A stretch of 64,000 nt of DNA from Bryobacterales bacterium (GCA_963422305.1 OY729422.1:2280436-2344435); one strand, 5' to 3'. Shown: positions 9,364 through 19,300, counted from the stretch's first letter. Notes: generated by a model from the letters alone, not told the origin. Numbers and translations are program-made.

Positions 9364-10259
9364 CAGCGATCGACCGTCGATCCTTTCTCACACTAGCGAC
9401 GGGCGTCGCGGCTTGCTCGCAGCCGAAGCGGGAGGGTTCGGCGCCAGTCATCGACTTTCACCAACACACGAATTACCTAGGTCGTTCCGACGCCGATCTA
9501 GTAGCTCACCAAAGAGCTATGGGGGTTTCATGCACGGTTTTGTTGCCCGCGGGATCGCGCTACGGCTTGGCCGCGGATGCTTTCGGCAATGATTCCGTCA
9601 CCGCGCTGAGCGAGCGCTTCCCGGAAGAGTTCGTTTATTTTGCCAATGAGTTGCCGGATATCCCGGAAACGCGGCTGGTTCTCGAGAAATATTTGAAAGC
9701 AGGGGCGCGCGGGATCGGCGAGCAGAAATTTCCGGTGGAATGCGATTCCGAAGCGATGCAGTTGGTGTATTCGATTGCCCGGGACTTCGATGTCCCGGTG
9801 CTGCTGCACTTTCAACATGAGGCTTACAACATCGGGATCGAACGGTTTCACAAGATGCTCGAAAAATTCCCCGGCGTGACGTTCATCGGTCATGCGCAGA
9901 CGTGGTGGGGGAATATCGACGCCGACCACGATCAGGCCGTCATGTATCCGAAAACTCCCGTTACACCCGGAGGCATCACGGACCGTTTGTTGGCCGACTA
10001 CCCTAACGTGTACGGCGATCTTTCGGCCGGATCAGGTCTCAATTCGATGTTGCGCGACGAAGAACATGCGCGTGTGGTTCTCGCAAGACACCAGGACCGC
10101 CTCATCTGGGCGAGCGACTGCAATGACTCGGAAGCGAACGGCCCCGATTGCATCGGCGGGAAAGGCCAAGCCGCAGTTCGGCGCCTGGCGCCCGATGACG
10201 CCGCAGTGCAAAAGATTCTGCACGGTAACGCCGCGCGGCTTCTGAAACTTTCAGTGTGA
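9360..10259 (+). CDS. TAT/lipoprotein-signal amidohydrolase-family metal hydrolase
   Basis: The ATGA overlap with the upstream stop suggests translational coupling. MTAIDRRSFLTLATGVAACS, IDFHQHT metal-binding start, LLHFQHE, FIGHAQ, WASDCN. Confidence 0.65.
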   Translation: MTAIDRRSFLTLATGVAACSQPKREGSAPVIDFHQHTNYLGRSDADLVAHQRAMGVSCTVLLPAGSRYGLAADAFGNDSVTALSERFPEEFVYFANELPDIPETRLVLEKYLKAGARGIGEQKFPVECDSEAMQLVYSIARDFDVPVLLHFQHEAYNIGIERFHKMLEKFPGVTFIGHAQTWWGNIDADHDQAVMYPKTPVTPGGITDRLLADYPNVYGDLSAGSGLNSMLRDEEHARVVLARHQDRLIWASDCNDSEANGPDCIGGKGQAAVRRLAPDDAAVQKILHGNAARLLKLSV

Positions 10260-11606
10260 CTTCCCATCGGACGAAGTCCGGCTCTCCGCTTCCCCACCGC
10301 TACTCTCCGCTGCGGCTTCTCCTCCGAAATCGATTGTGGATTCGGTCTGGTAGATCGCTGACTCGGCGGTGAACCGGCGGTAGTCGGTAAAAGAGATGTC
10401 GTTCCGGTTGCAGCGCGCGGAGTGGCGGACGCAACTCCGCGCAACGGCGCTCACGGGCAGTCGATACTCCTGTTCGTCAACCGCGACCGTACCGTAATCC
10501 ACGCTGTTGACAACGGTCTGCAGCGGGTAGTCCGCGGGCAGGTCAATTGCCGTCCTCTCGATTTTTATGACGTTGCCGGACTCCGGGTTCACCCAAAAGC
10601 GTCCCTCGTATGCGGTGGTGTAGGCTTCGTTCGAGGCGTGGAGCGTCCAACCGGACTGTTTTCGCTCGACCTCGTATTCGTAGGGGGTTCCGAACTCATC
10701 GCGTTCGCCGTCGGCTCTTTCAGCCTGCTCCGCGTAGCCGTACACGAACAGGTTGTACAGCATCGTGCCGTACTCGCCGGTTGACCATGCGCCGCCTTGA
10801 TCCTTAATTGTTCCGGCGGTCCGTCTACCGTTTTTTTTGAGTTCCTGATATTGTTCCTCATTCTGGATTATGAGAACCTCCGCTTCGATCAAGTCGAGCG
10901 CCTTCCATTTCTTCCCGAGGCTGCGGCTCTCGAAACGTTTGATTGTCTGACGGCAGATGAAGTTCGCTTGCAGTCTTGAAGCGTTGGCATTAATCTCGGT
11001 TGCTTTGGCGAGCACCGGGTCGTCGTAATGCTCGGCCTGGGGTGTAAATTCGAAATCTGGAGGCGGTTGCTCCGCTGCTGCCGGCTTGCGCCGCTTGGGA
11101 GCGGAGCGGTCTCCGGCCATCCTTCGCCGGAGGATCGGGGGGCCGAGATTGTCAAGATCGTCCGTGGTCGGCCTCGGCTTCTCGTTGCGGTTTTTTTCGG
11201 CGGGGCGGACCTGCTCTTCGATGTGCGCCCGCCGGCGGTTGGCGCGTTTGGTTTTAGCGGAACCCTTGTCCGCACTCCAGATCGTTAAAGCCGTTAGCGG
11301 TCCGCCGGGGCCTTGAATCGCGCGGACACGGATGTATCTGCCCGATTCCAGATTCTCGGCGCCGGGAGCGTAGTCGGTCGAGCCGGTGATCCGAAAAATT
11401 ATCAGTGCTCCCCCGATCTTCCGAATTCGGATTTCGGCGGCGCCGACGGAGACGATTTCTCCTGCGACGAAAACGTCCGCCGAGCGCGTCTTAGAGGGGC
11501 GTTTCAGTGGGCCGATGGTTTGGGCTTGGAACACTGCGGGAAACGACCCGAGCAGGAACGCCGCAGCAGCGGCCGGGCAAGTCGTTCGCAATGCATGGAA
11601 GTGCAT
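10251..11606 (-). CDS. Secreted hypothetical protein (no family recognised)
   Basis: Signal peptide ...FLLGSFPAVFQAQT. Small N-terminal domain, a basic Pro/Arg/Lys low-complexity linker of about 90 aa, then a C-terminal domain of about 250 aa. Long clean ORF with coding-like composition. Confidence 0.5.
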   Translation of the reverse strand: MHFHALRTTCPAAAAAFLLGSFPAVFQAQTIGPLKRPSKTRSADVFVAGEIVSVGAAEIRIRKIGGALIIFRITGSTDYAPGAENLESGRYIRVRAIQGPGGPLTALTIWSADKGSAKTKRANRRRAHIEEQVRPAEKNRNEKPRPTTDDLDNLGPPILRRRMAGDRSAPKRRKPAAAEQPPPDFEFTPQAEHYDDPVLAKATEINANASRLQANFICRQTIKRFESRSLGKKWKALDLIEAEVLIIQNEEQYQELKKNGRRTAGTIKDQGGAWSTGEYGTMLYNLFVYGYAEQAERADGERDEFGTPYEYEVERKQSGWTLHASNEAYTTAYEGRFWVNPESGNVIKIERTAIDLPADYPLQTVVNSVDYGTVAVDEQEYRLPVSAVARSCVRHSARCNRNDISFTDYRRFTAESAIYQTESTIDFGGEAAAESSGGEAESRTSSDGKSH

Positions 11607-11714
11607 ACGCTTGTTGTCACTCTGACGAATCTCAGCGCAGCCGCGTTACGCGGTCTCAGCGCTTCTCGGCCGGGAAGCATCGCGCAGTCTGGAGATTCGC
11701 GGTAAGATTCGATC

Positions 11715-12653
11715 ATGGATCGAGCGAGGTTTCTACGTCTCATGTTGGCGGGCATCGGTGGGAGCGCCGCCGCGCCGGCGCACGCGGCGGGAGACCGCCC
11801 CCGCAAGGTCGTCCTGATTGCGGGGGCGCCGAGCCACCCGCCGAGAATGCATGAGTTTCGAGCCGGCTCGATCATTCTGGCAAAGCGTCTGAATGCCGTT
11901 CCCGGTCTTATCGTCGAGTGTCACGAGATGGGATGGGTGAGGGACGAAGCAGCGTTCGACGATGCCGACGCAGTAGTCATCTATGCCGACGGTGGACGGA
12001 AACACCCCGCCGTCCAAGGCAACCGCTTGACGACGCTCGGGCAATTGGTTGCGCGCGGAGTCGGGCTCGGCTGTATGCACTACGGAGTCGAAGTCTTGAA
12101 AGACGATGCCGGCGTGGAATTCACCGCGTGGCTCGGCGGCTACTACGAGCACGAATGGTCGTGCAATCCGATATGGACAGCGAAGTACGAGAGTTTTCCG
12201 CAGCACCCCATCGCCCGCGGAGTCAAGCCGTTTTCCGCCAGGGACGAGTGGTATTTCAACATCCGCTTCCAAGAGGGTTTCGATGCCGCGGGGCCGAAGG
12301 AAGCGAACGACATCAAATTCACGCCGATCCTGGTAGCGAAACCAAGCGATGAGACGCGCGACGGTCCCTACGTCTATCCGCAGGGACCCTATGCGCACAT
12401 TCAAGCTGCCAAGGGCCGCAAGGAAGCGATGATGTGGGCGGTCGAGCGGATCGGCGACGGTTCACTGAAGGCCGGCCGCGGGTTCGGGTTCACCGGGGGG
12501 CACTTCCACGAAAACTGGCGCAACGACGAATACCGTAAGGCGGTACTGAACGCAATTTGTTGGCTGGCCGGGTTGGAGATTCCGACCGGCGGCATCGTTT
12601 CGAAGGCGGTGAGCGCGGTCGAGATCGGGAGCAATCTCGACCCGAAGGGATAA
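11715..12653 (+). CDS. ThuA-domain protein with TAT-like signal
   Basis: MDRARFLRLMLAGIGGSAAAPAHA. KVVLIAGAPSHPPRMHEF, DAVVIYADGG, GLGCMHYG and FTGGHFHENW resemble ThuA-like class-I glutamine-amidotransferase-fold proteins. Confidence 0.6.
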   Translation: MDRARFLRLMLAGIGGSAAAPAHAAGDRPRKVVLIAGAPSHPPRMHEFRAGSIILAKRLNAVPGLIVECHEMGWVRDEAAFDDADAVVIYADGGRKHPAVQGNRLTTLGQLVARGVGLGCMHYGVEVLKDDAGVEFTAWLGGYYEHEWSCNPIWTAKYESFPQHPIARGVKPFSARDEWYFNIRFQEGFDAAGPKEANDIKFTPILVAKPSDETRDGPYVYPQGPYAHIQAAKGRKEAMMWAVERIGDGSLKAGRGFGFTGGHFHENWRNDEYRKAVLNAICWLAGLEIPTGGIVSKAVSAVEIGSNLDPKG

Positions 12654-12685
12654 AGCGATGGCGACGCTCCCTTATCGCGGGAGTC

Positions 12686-13735
12686 TCAGTAACCTTTCTG
12701 CTTGTCCACGATGTTGCGCAGTTGCTCGCCGGAGGCGAAACGGGCGATGTTGTCTTTGTATAGTTCGATTCGCAGCGGCGTGCCGAGGTTGCCTTGGGTC
12801 GCGACGTGCGGCGTGATCACGATGTTGTCGAACTTCCAGAGAGGATTACCCTTGGGCAGCGGTTCCGGATCTGTCACGTCGACTCCGGCTCCGGCGAGAC
12901 GTTTGCTGTCGAGCGCCTTGATCAGTCCCGCTTGGCTGTAAATCTTGCCTCGGGAAAGCGCAATGAAATAGCTGCCGCGCTTCAGCTGCTCGAACCGGCC
13001 GGCGCTGAACATCCCTTCGCTTTCCTTCGTGTGCGGAACGCAAAGGAAGATCACGTCGGCTTCGGGGACGACATCGTCGAGCCGGTCAGGGTAAACCATG
13101 CGGTCGAAACTCTGTCGCGGCGGGAACTCTTTTGGGTCGACGCCGATAGTGCGCATACCGAAAGCCTTGGCGCGGCGCGCGACGTGCGAGCCGATGCCGC
13201 CGGTTCCAATAATCAGTGCAGTTTTGCCTTCGAGCTCTTCCAGGTTGAAGTTCGCCCGCCCCCATTCTTCTTTGAGGCGGACGGTGATAAAATGATTGAG
13301 CTTGCGGGTGAGCGCCAGTAACATGCCGAAGCCGTGGTCGGCGATCGCCGCAGAAGACAGTGTTTTCGCGTTGGTCATCACAATACCGCTGTCGACGATT
13401 TCGGGGTGGAGATAGGGGAAGACCCCTGCGCTCGTGATTTGCAGCCACTTGAGATTCTTGGCTGCCGCGATCACCTCGCGCGGCGGAGCGCCGATGATGG
13501 CGTCCGCATCGGCTGCTTCATTCATCAGCTCCGATGCCCGTACGGATTCGTCCGGCGAATCGGCGACGTCCGCGCTGGTTCGGGGGTTTTCGATATGCAC
13601 GATTTTGACGTTTGCCGGCTTGGCCTTGCGGAGTTCCTCGACCTGAGCTTTGCTCATTCCCATCACGACGACCTTCTTCGTCTGCGCCGTGACGGTTGCG
13701 GCGGCGAGTACGGTCAATAGCAGAAGTGTTCTCAT
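12686..13735 (-). CDS. D-isomer-specific 2-hydroxyacid dehydrogenase family protein with N-terminal signal/anchor sequence
   Basis: GGAGG RBS 5 nt before the ATG at 13735. MRTLLLLTVLAAATVTAQT precedes the first beta strand KKVVVMG. NAD motif IIGTGGIGSHVARRAKAFGMRTIGVD. Catalytic-region RG...D..AL and ITPHVA. Confidence 0.8.
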   Translation of the reverse strand: MRTLLLLTVLAAATVTAQTKKVVVMGMSKAQVEELRKAKPANVKIVHIENPRTSADVADSPDESVRASELMNEAADADAIIGAPPREVIAAAKNLKWLQITSAGVFPYLHPEIVDSGIVMTNAKTLSSAAIADHGFGMLLALTRKLNHFITVRLKEEWGRANFNLEELEGKTALIIGTGGIGSHVARRAKAFGMRTIGVDPKEFPPRQSFDRMVYPDRLDDVVPEADVIFLCVPHTKESEGMFSAGRFEQLKRGSYFIALSRGKIYSQAGLIKALDSKRLAGAGVDVTDPEPLPKGNPLWKFDNIVITPHVATQGNLGTPLRIELYKDNIARFASGEQLRNIVDKQKGY

Positions 13736-13950
13736 AGAGCCTCCGTTTCCACTGTAGCCGGATCGGAGATATGATACACAATGCCGATCCGCTGGGTACT
13801 CCACAGTCTCAATCGCCGATTCGTCACACCGGTTCTGTTTCACAGGGCGCCAAGTCGATCGGTGGCTCCGCAAGCGCGTGACCATCGAATTCGCCGGCGG
13901 TCCATCTGTTCATGCGGCGCTGCACACGCTAGAATCGACAGTTCGCCCTG

Positions 13951-15663
13951 ATGCACCGCGCACTCGCTGTTTCTACCTTAGCCCTATGTGCTTTCATGCT
14001 GTTTTGGCGGCTGGACGGCGTACCGATCTGGCGCGACGAAGCGACCACTGCGGTATGGGGCCGCCTGATGGCGGAGAGCGGCAGTTGGCTTCCTTACGTT
14101 CATGACCGTGAGAAAGGGCAACTCCTGGTGCAAGACGATGACGGCCACGACGTCAATTCCGATCTGCTGCCGGCCATGCAGAGCTATTTGCAGTTCTACA
14201 TCTCGGCGCTGGGGTTCAAGCTCTTTGGCGTCAGTACGCTCACCGCGCGATTGCCGTTTGCGGTCATCGGCGCTCTCGCGCTTTTTTTGCTGTATCGGCT
14301 GGGCTTGGAACTGTTCGGCCCGGGGCTGTGGCCGCTAAGTCTGCCGCTGTCGGGCGCTCTGTCGATCTATTTCCTGCACGCAGCGCGGCAGGGACGGTAC
14401 TACATTCTGGTAGCGCTCGCGGCTGTCCTGCTGTTGCTGCAAGTTGCCCGCTATCTGAAAAATACTGATCTCGGGCGGCGTCCGGCGTTTTACGCACGGC
14501 TTGGGCTGATCGGCTGTCTATTCTATATGTCGAACTACGTCAGCTTCGCCGCAACGTGGCTTGCGCTCGGCCTGTTTTTCCTAGTTATCGATCGGCGGAT
14601 GTTTCTGCGGCTTTGTGGATTGTCAGCGTTGCTGGCGGTCGTTCTCGGCGTCGAATTCTGGTTGCTTCATTCCGAGATGCTGAGCGGTTGGAGCCCCGGC
14701 AAGAGTGGTTCGTTTTGGGCGGACTACCGGTACGCCGCCGTCTCACGCGGACGCGAGCTGTGGCGCTGGGTTCCATTTGTGTTCCTGATTCCGGCGGCCG
14801 TGTTTCTGAGCCGTAGATACGCGCGACTGCAATCGAGAACAGGCGCCGCGCTTGCAATTCTCGCCTGCGCGATCCCCTTTCTGGCGTTCGTAGTCGATTA
14901 TCGCGACTTACGGGCTGTCTCCGACCCCGTGTTCGTTTTGTTCGGGCTTCTTTGCCTGTCCGCTCCCGCAACTCTCCTTTATTTTTGGACCCGACTGGAA
15001 AAGCCCGGCATCTGCGCGAATATGGCGTTGCTAGCCGGTCTGATCGTTGTTGTTTCGCCGCTGTTTACGATTGCGGTCATGCAGCGCACGACCTCGACGC
15101 GCCACTATTACCAAGCGTGCCCCGCCGCGATTGTCCTGGTCTGCTTGTCGGCCGCCGGATTGGCGCGCGCTAAAAAGCGCGGCTGGGCCGCCGCTTGCCT
15201 CGCCGGTGCTGGTTTGTGGCCGAATCTCGATCTGGCCGGAGGCGGCACGGAAGAGGTCGTTCCCAGGCAATTCCTCAAGAAAGCCGATAACGTTGCGCCC
15301 ATGTTAGACTTCTTGGCCGCGCGCACCAAGCCGGGAGAGCGGATCGCCTATTACCGCAACGTCAAGGGCATGACCGCGAACTTCTATTTTCCCGATCACC
15401 GCTGGGTGAATCTGCTGGACGTTGCCGTTGCCCATAACGCCAAGTTTCGCGAGATCATTCCTGACGATCAGTTCGACGATTGGCGCAGTCCGGATATCTT
15501 CATCGTGTGGGATCCTCATGAAGCCCCCGCGAAAGCGCTCAATGAGAGCTACAAGAAGATTTGGGACTATACCTATACCCGCCGGCAGAGTTTTTGGGAC
15601 CGCAACTCCAAGCCGCGGAAGCGCACGTACTCCGCTTTTAGAAAGGTGCGCGACGGCGATTAA
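13951..15663 (+). CDS. Polytopic GT-C-type (ArnT/PMT-like) membrane glycosyltransferase
   Basis: More than 10 predicted TM helices. The early periplasmic-loop motif IWRDEATTAVW resembles the acidic motif of GT39/GT83 enzymes. Soluble C-terminal domain. Confidence 0.5.
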   Translation: MHRALAVSTLALCAFMLFWRLDGVPIWRDEATTAVWGRLMAESGSWLPYVHDREKGQLLVQDDDGHDVNSDLLPAMQSYLQFYISALGFKLFGVSTLTARLPFAVIGALALFLLYRLGLELFGPGLWPLSLPLSGALSIYFLHAARQGRYYILVALAAVLLLLQVARYLKNTDLGRRPAFYARLGLIGCLFYMSNYVSFAATWLALGLFFLVIDRRMFLRLCGLSALLAVVLGVEFWLLHSEMLSGWSPGKSGSFWADYRYAAVSRGRELWRWVPFVFLIPAAVFLSRRYARLQSRTGAALAILACAIPFLAFVVDYRDLRAVSDPVFVLFGLLCLSAPATLLYFWTRLEKPGICANMALLAGLIVVVSPLFTIAVMQRTTSTRHYYQACPAAIVLVCLSAAGLARAKKRGWAAACLAGAGLWPNLDLAGGGTEEVVPRQFLKKADNVAPMLDFLAARTKPGERIAYYRNVKGMTANFYFPDHRWVNLLDVAVAHNAKFREIIPDDQFDDWRSPDIFIVWDPHEAPAKALNESYKKIWDYTYTRRQSFWDRNSKPRKRTYSAFRKVRDGD

Positions 15664-17729
15664 TCCGTCGCAGTCTTGGGGCCGGAACCGCCTGCCAGGT
15701 CGCGCCGGACGATCCCCAGTTTCTTCTCCAGTCCCGACCGCACCTGCTCGGCGAAGGTATTTACCTGATCGTCGGTGAAGCTCTCTTCGAGCTTTTGCCA
15801 TGAAGCCCTCAGCAGCAGGCTGTATTTCCCGTCCGGCACATTCTCGCCCCGGAAGATTTCGACCGGCTGAAGCTGCGTGAGGTACGGCATCGGCCCGACC
15901 GCCCGGCTGATTTCGCTGAAGAGCACGCCCTCGGGCACCATCAGCGAGAAGTCGCGGGACACGGCGGAAACCTTCGGCAGAGCGCGGCGCCGCGGCGCGC
16001 GCAGCCCGGCGTTGTAGAGCAGGTCGAGGAATATCTCCGCTAAGAACACGCGCCGCTTGATCTTTTGCGCGGCGGCTACTGCCGGATCCAGTTCGCCCAG
16101 GAAGGCCAGCACAACCCCATCGCTGAGCGCGGCGGCGGCATGCCCTTCTCGATAATAGGCGGGCAGCGCCTTGGTTTCGAAATCGATCCGGACCGCGTCG
16201 AAGGGTTTCAGCACGGTTTCCACATCAGATTTGAAATCGAGGAAAAGGTAGTCGCGGCCCGCCTCATCGAGCGCATCCGGTCTTGCTTGCCCGGCAACCC
16301 CCAGTGCAAGAATTTTCGGCTCGCGGTAATTGCCGTTGATTTTTTCGTACAGTCGTCCGATTTCCGCCAGCTTTACCGAAGACTCTCCGCGGTTGATGTT
16401 CCACTCCAGGGCGCGCAGCATCGTGGGAATGGCGCTGTTGCGCATCACGTCCCACGATTCGGACAACGGGTTGCGCAGCGGAACGGAGCCGCCCGCGCCG
16501 AATTGGGCTGCTTCGCCGGAAGAAATGAAGGAATACCCGATCGTTTCGTCGTAACCGAGCGACTGAATGATCGAACGCACGCGCGCCTCTTCCTTTTCGA
16601 ACGGAATCGGCGCCGAGGCGGATCCGATCGGCGGCAGCGTCGATGGGAAACGCTCGAAACCGTAGATTCGCGCGATCTCTTCGATAAGATCGATTTCACG
16701 CTCGACGTCCAGGCGCCGGCTGGGAGCGTCGATCGTCCAGCCTTCTTCGGCAGGCCTCGGGTCGAACCCCAGCGCGCTGAGAATGGCGGTTGCCTCGGCG
16801 TCGGCAATCTCGATGCCGAGATGCTTTTTAATGCTCGCGCGCCGCAAATGGATCGTCGGACGAACGAGAGGGATGGGGAAGCAGTCGATGCGTCCGCAAA
16901 GGACTTTTCCGGTTCCTGCTTGAGCGAGCAGTCCCGCGATGCGATCCGCTGCCCATGGCGCGGCATTCCAATCCGCGCCGCGCTCGAAACGGTGCGATGC
17001 CTCGGTGTGTATCTTGAACTTACGCGAGGTATTGCGGATCAATCCGGGTTGAAACCAAGCCGCTTCGATCAGAACTTTCGTAGTGACCGCGCTGATTTCC
17101 GAGTCCGCGCCGCCCATGATCCCCGCTAGCGCAATGGGAGCGGAGGCGTCACAGATTGTCAAGTGATCGGGCGAAAGCTCTCGCTTTTCGCCGTCGAGAG
17201 TGACCAGTGTTTCGCCTGCCATGGCGCGGCGCACGACGATTCTGTTTTCCGCCAGCTTGTCGAGATCGAAGGCGTGGGTCGGCTGTCCGGTTTCCAGCAG
17301 AACGTAGTTTGTCAGGTCGGCGATGTTGTTGATGGAACGGACGCCGCAGAGTTCCAGTCTGCGGCGCATCCAGTCGGGCGAGGGTACGACGGCGATGTTT
17401 TTCACGACGCGGCCGACGTACCGCGGGCAAAGGTCGCTGTGGACGATTTCCACTGACGCTGCCGAATTGACTGGCGTATAGCTTTCCGTCAACTCGATCT
17501 TCGGCGCCCGCAACTCACGGCCGTAAATTGCGGCAATCTCGCGGGCGATGCCGAAGTGATTCATCGCATCGGGACGGTTGCTCGTGATGTCAAGCTCGAA
17601 TACCGTCTCGTTGTCGTGTTCCTCAACGGCGTCGACGGCAATTCCGGTCATCGTGAGCGCGTGCGCCAAGTCCTTTGAAGATTCCTGAATCTCCACATAC
17701 TCCCGCAGCCAATTAAGAACGGCTCGCAT
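15660..17729 (-). CDS. pheT: Phenylalanine--tRNA ligase beta subunit
   Basis: N-terminal MRAVLNWLREYV, B3/4 and B5 domain patterns, 689 aa, immediately downstream of pheS. Confidence 0.95.
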   Translation of the reverse strand: MRAVLNWLREYVEIQESSKDLAHALTMTGIAVDAVEEHDNETVFELDITSNRPDAMNHFGIAREIAAIYGRELRAPKIELTESYTPVNSAASVEIVHSDLCPRYVGRVVKNIAVVPSPDWMRRRLELCGVRSINNIADLTNYVLLETGQPTHAFDLDKLAENRIVVRRAMAGETLVTLDGEKRELSPDHLTICDASAPIALAGIMGGADSEISAVTTKVLIEAAWFQPGLIRNTSRKFKIHTEASHRFERGADWNAAPWAADRIAGLLAQAGTGKVLCGRIDCFPIPLVRPTIHLRRASIKKHLGIEIADAEATAILSALGFDPRPAEEGWTIDAPSRRLDVEREIDLIEEIARIYGFERFPSTLPPIGSASAPIPFEKEEARVRSIIQSLGYDETIGYSFISSGEAAQFGAGGSVPLRNPLSESWDVMRNSAIPTMLRALEWNINRGESSVKLAEIGRLYEKINGNYREPKILALGVAGQARPDALDEAGRDYLFLDFKSDVETVLKPFDAVRIDFETKALPAYYREGHAAAALSDGVVLAFLGELDPAVAAAQKIKRRVFLAEIFLDLLYNAGLRAPRRRALPKVSAVSRDFSLMVPEGVLFSEISRAVGPMPYLTQLQPVEIFRGENVPDGKYSLLLRASWQKLEESFTDDQVNTFAEQVRSGLEKKLGIVRRDLAGGSGPKTATD

Positions 17730-18806
17730 TTATCGAAACTGCCTCAAAAAGCGCACGTCGCCCTGGAACATGAGCGAGATGTCGTCGATGTCGTATTTCA
17801 GCATCGCGAAGCGGTCGAGCCCGAAGCCCGCGGCGAAGCCTCGATACTTCTCGGGGTCCAGTTTTGCGGTCTTGAGCACGTTGGGGTCAATCATGCCGCA
17901 TCCCAGCACTTCGATGAAGCCGGTCTGCTTGCAGATGCGGCAGCCCGGGCCGCTGCAGAACGGGCATGTGATATCGACTTCGGCGCTGGGCTCCGTGAAC
18001 GGGAAATAGCTTGGTCTGAAGCGCGTTCCGGTGCGCTCTCCGAAAAACCGCTTCACAAAATAATCGAGAGTGCCTTTGAGATCGCCGAAGGTAATGTTCG
18101 TGTCAACCGCGAACAACTCGAGTTGATGAAACATCGGGCTATGGGTCACGTCCGGAGTGTCGTTGCGATAGACCTTGCCGTAAACGACATACCGCAGCGG
18201 CGGAGTCCGCGACTCCATGATGCGGATCTGGTTCGGCGAAGTGTGTGTCCGCAGCAGTACGCGGTCTTCGATGAACAATGTATCCATCTCGTCGACAGCG
18301 GGGTGATCGGCGGGGAAGTTCAGAGCCTCGAAATTGTAGAAGAACGTCTCGATCTCCGGCCCTTCAGCGCCCGAATAGCCAAGCCCCTTGAAGATGTCGA
18401 GGATTTCCTCCAGCGCCAGACGCACAGGATGGCGTGCGCCTATCGATCGCGCCGGGCCCGGCAGCGTCACGTCCAGCAGATCTTTTTTCATCGAGCCGTC
18501 CCGCGCGCCCGCAGCCGCGGCCTTGATGGCCGCCTCGATGGCCTTCTTCGTCCGATTTTGCAGTTTGCCTACAGCAGGTTTATATTCACGCGGAACGGTC
18601 TTCAGCCAGTTGTCGTTGAGCGCGGCGAGCAGGCCGTTCTTGCGCCCTAGCCAGCGATCGCGCAGCGCCCGGAGCTGATCCGTCGAGGCGGCCGCGCCGC
18701 GTTCGGCCTCGAACGCCGAGCGCACATCTTCATAGAGCCGCTCTACGGAGTCTCCGGCTTTCAGGAGATCGCCCAGAGAACGGACAGCCTTTTCATCAAT
18801 TGCCAT
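17730..18806 (-). CDS. pheS: Phenylalanine--tRNA ligase alpha subunit
   Basis: Class II aaRS motifs (HPV...FYNFEALNFP, LLRTHTS, FRPSYFPFTEPS, GFAAGFGLDR). Its stop abuts the pheT start. Confidence 0.95.
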   Translation of the reverse strand: MAIDEKAVRSLGDLLKAGDSVERLYEDVRSAFEAERGAAASTDQLRALRDRWLGRKNGLLAALNDNWLKTVPREYKPAVGKLQNRTKKAIEAAIKAAAAGARDGSMKKDLLDVTLPGPARSIGARHPVRLALEEILDIFKGLGYSGAEGPEIETFFYNFEALNFPADHPAVDEMDTLFIEDRVLLRTHTSPNQIRIMESRTPPLRYVVYGKVYRNDTPDVTHSPMFHQLELFAVDTNITFGDLKGTLDYFVKRFFGERTGTRFRPSYFPFTEPSAEVDITCPFCSGPGCRICKQTGFIEVLGCGMIDPNVLKTAKLDPEKYRGFAAGFGLDRFAMLKYDIDDISLMFQGDVRFLRQFR

Positions 18807-18827
18807 GGCGGCCGTTGTGAGATGGGA

Positions 18828-19205
18828 TCAGGCTGCCGCGGTCGGTTCCTGCTCAAGTGCGGCTTTGGCCGTTTCAGCAAGTTGTTGGAAGCCCTGTGGG
18901 TCATGAATCGCCATTTCCGACAGCATCTTGCGATTCAGATCGACCCCTGTGCGCTTCAAGCCGTTGACGAAACTGCTGTAATTGAGGCCGTTGACGCGGG
19001 CGCCTGCGCTGATTCGGGTGATCCACAAAGCGCGGAAATTGCGTTTCTTCAGTTTGCGGCCAATATAAGCGAATTTCTCGGCCCGGTCCACCGCTTCCTT
19101 GGCATAACGGTAGAGCTTAGACTTGCCCTGGTAGAAACCTTTGGCTTTTTGAAGGATGCGTTTCCTTTTTTTGCGGCGATGATTGCCGCGCTTGACTCTT
19201 GGCAC
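18828..19205 (-). CDS. rplT: 50S ribosomal protein L20
   Basis: MPRVKRGNHRRKKRKRILQKAKGFYQGKSKLYR... is canonical L20. Confidence 0.95.
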   Translation of the reverse strand: MPRVKRGNHRRKKRKRILQKAKGFYQGKSKLYRYAKEAVDRAEKFAYIGRKLKKRNFRALWITRISAGARVNGLNYSSFVNGLKRTGVDLNRKMLSEMAIHDPQGFQQLAETAKAALEQEPTAAA

Positions 19206-19300
19206 GGTTTCCTCCTTTTTCGGTACAGGTCGGCAAGTTGCGGCTACGGTTCCGTCACACGCCTCAGTCTCGGTCCGTTCATCGGTCGGTCAGCGACGGT

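Noticed and set aside
16065-17129. Long antisense ORFs inside real genes. Examples are 16065..17129 opposite pheT, 35524..36609 opposite maeB, 45000..46295 opposite iolD, 28646..29506 opposite the ALDH-like gene, and 7038..7931 opposite the sulfatase.
   Set aside because: Their translations are Arg/Gly/Ala/Pro-rich and motif-free, while the opposite strand encodes proteins with clear family motifs. This is the typical high-GC shadow-ORF artefact.
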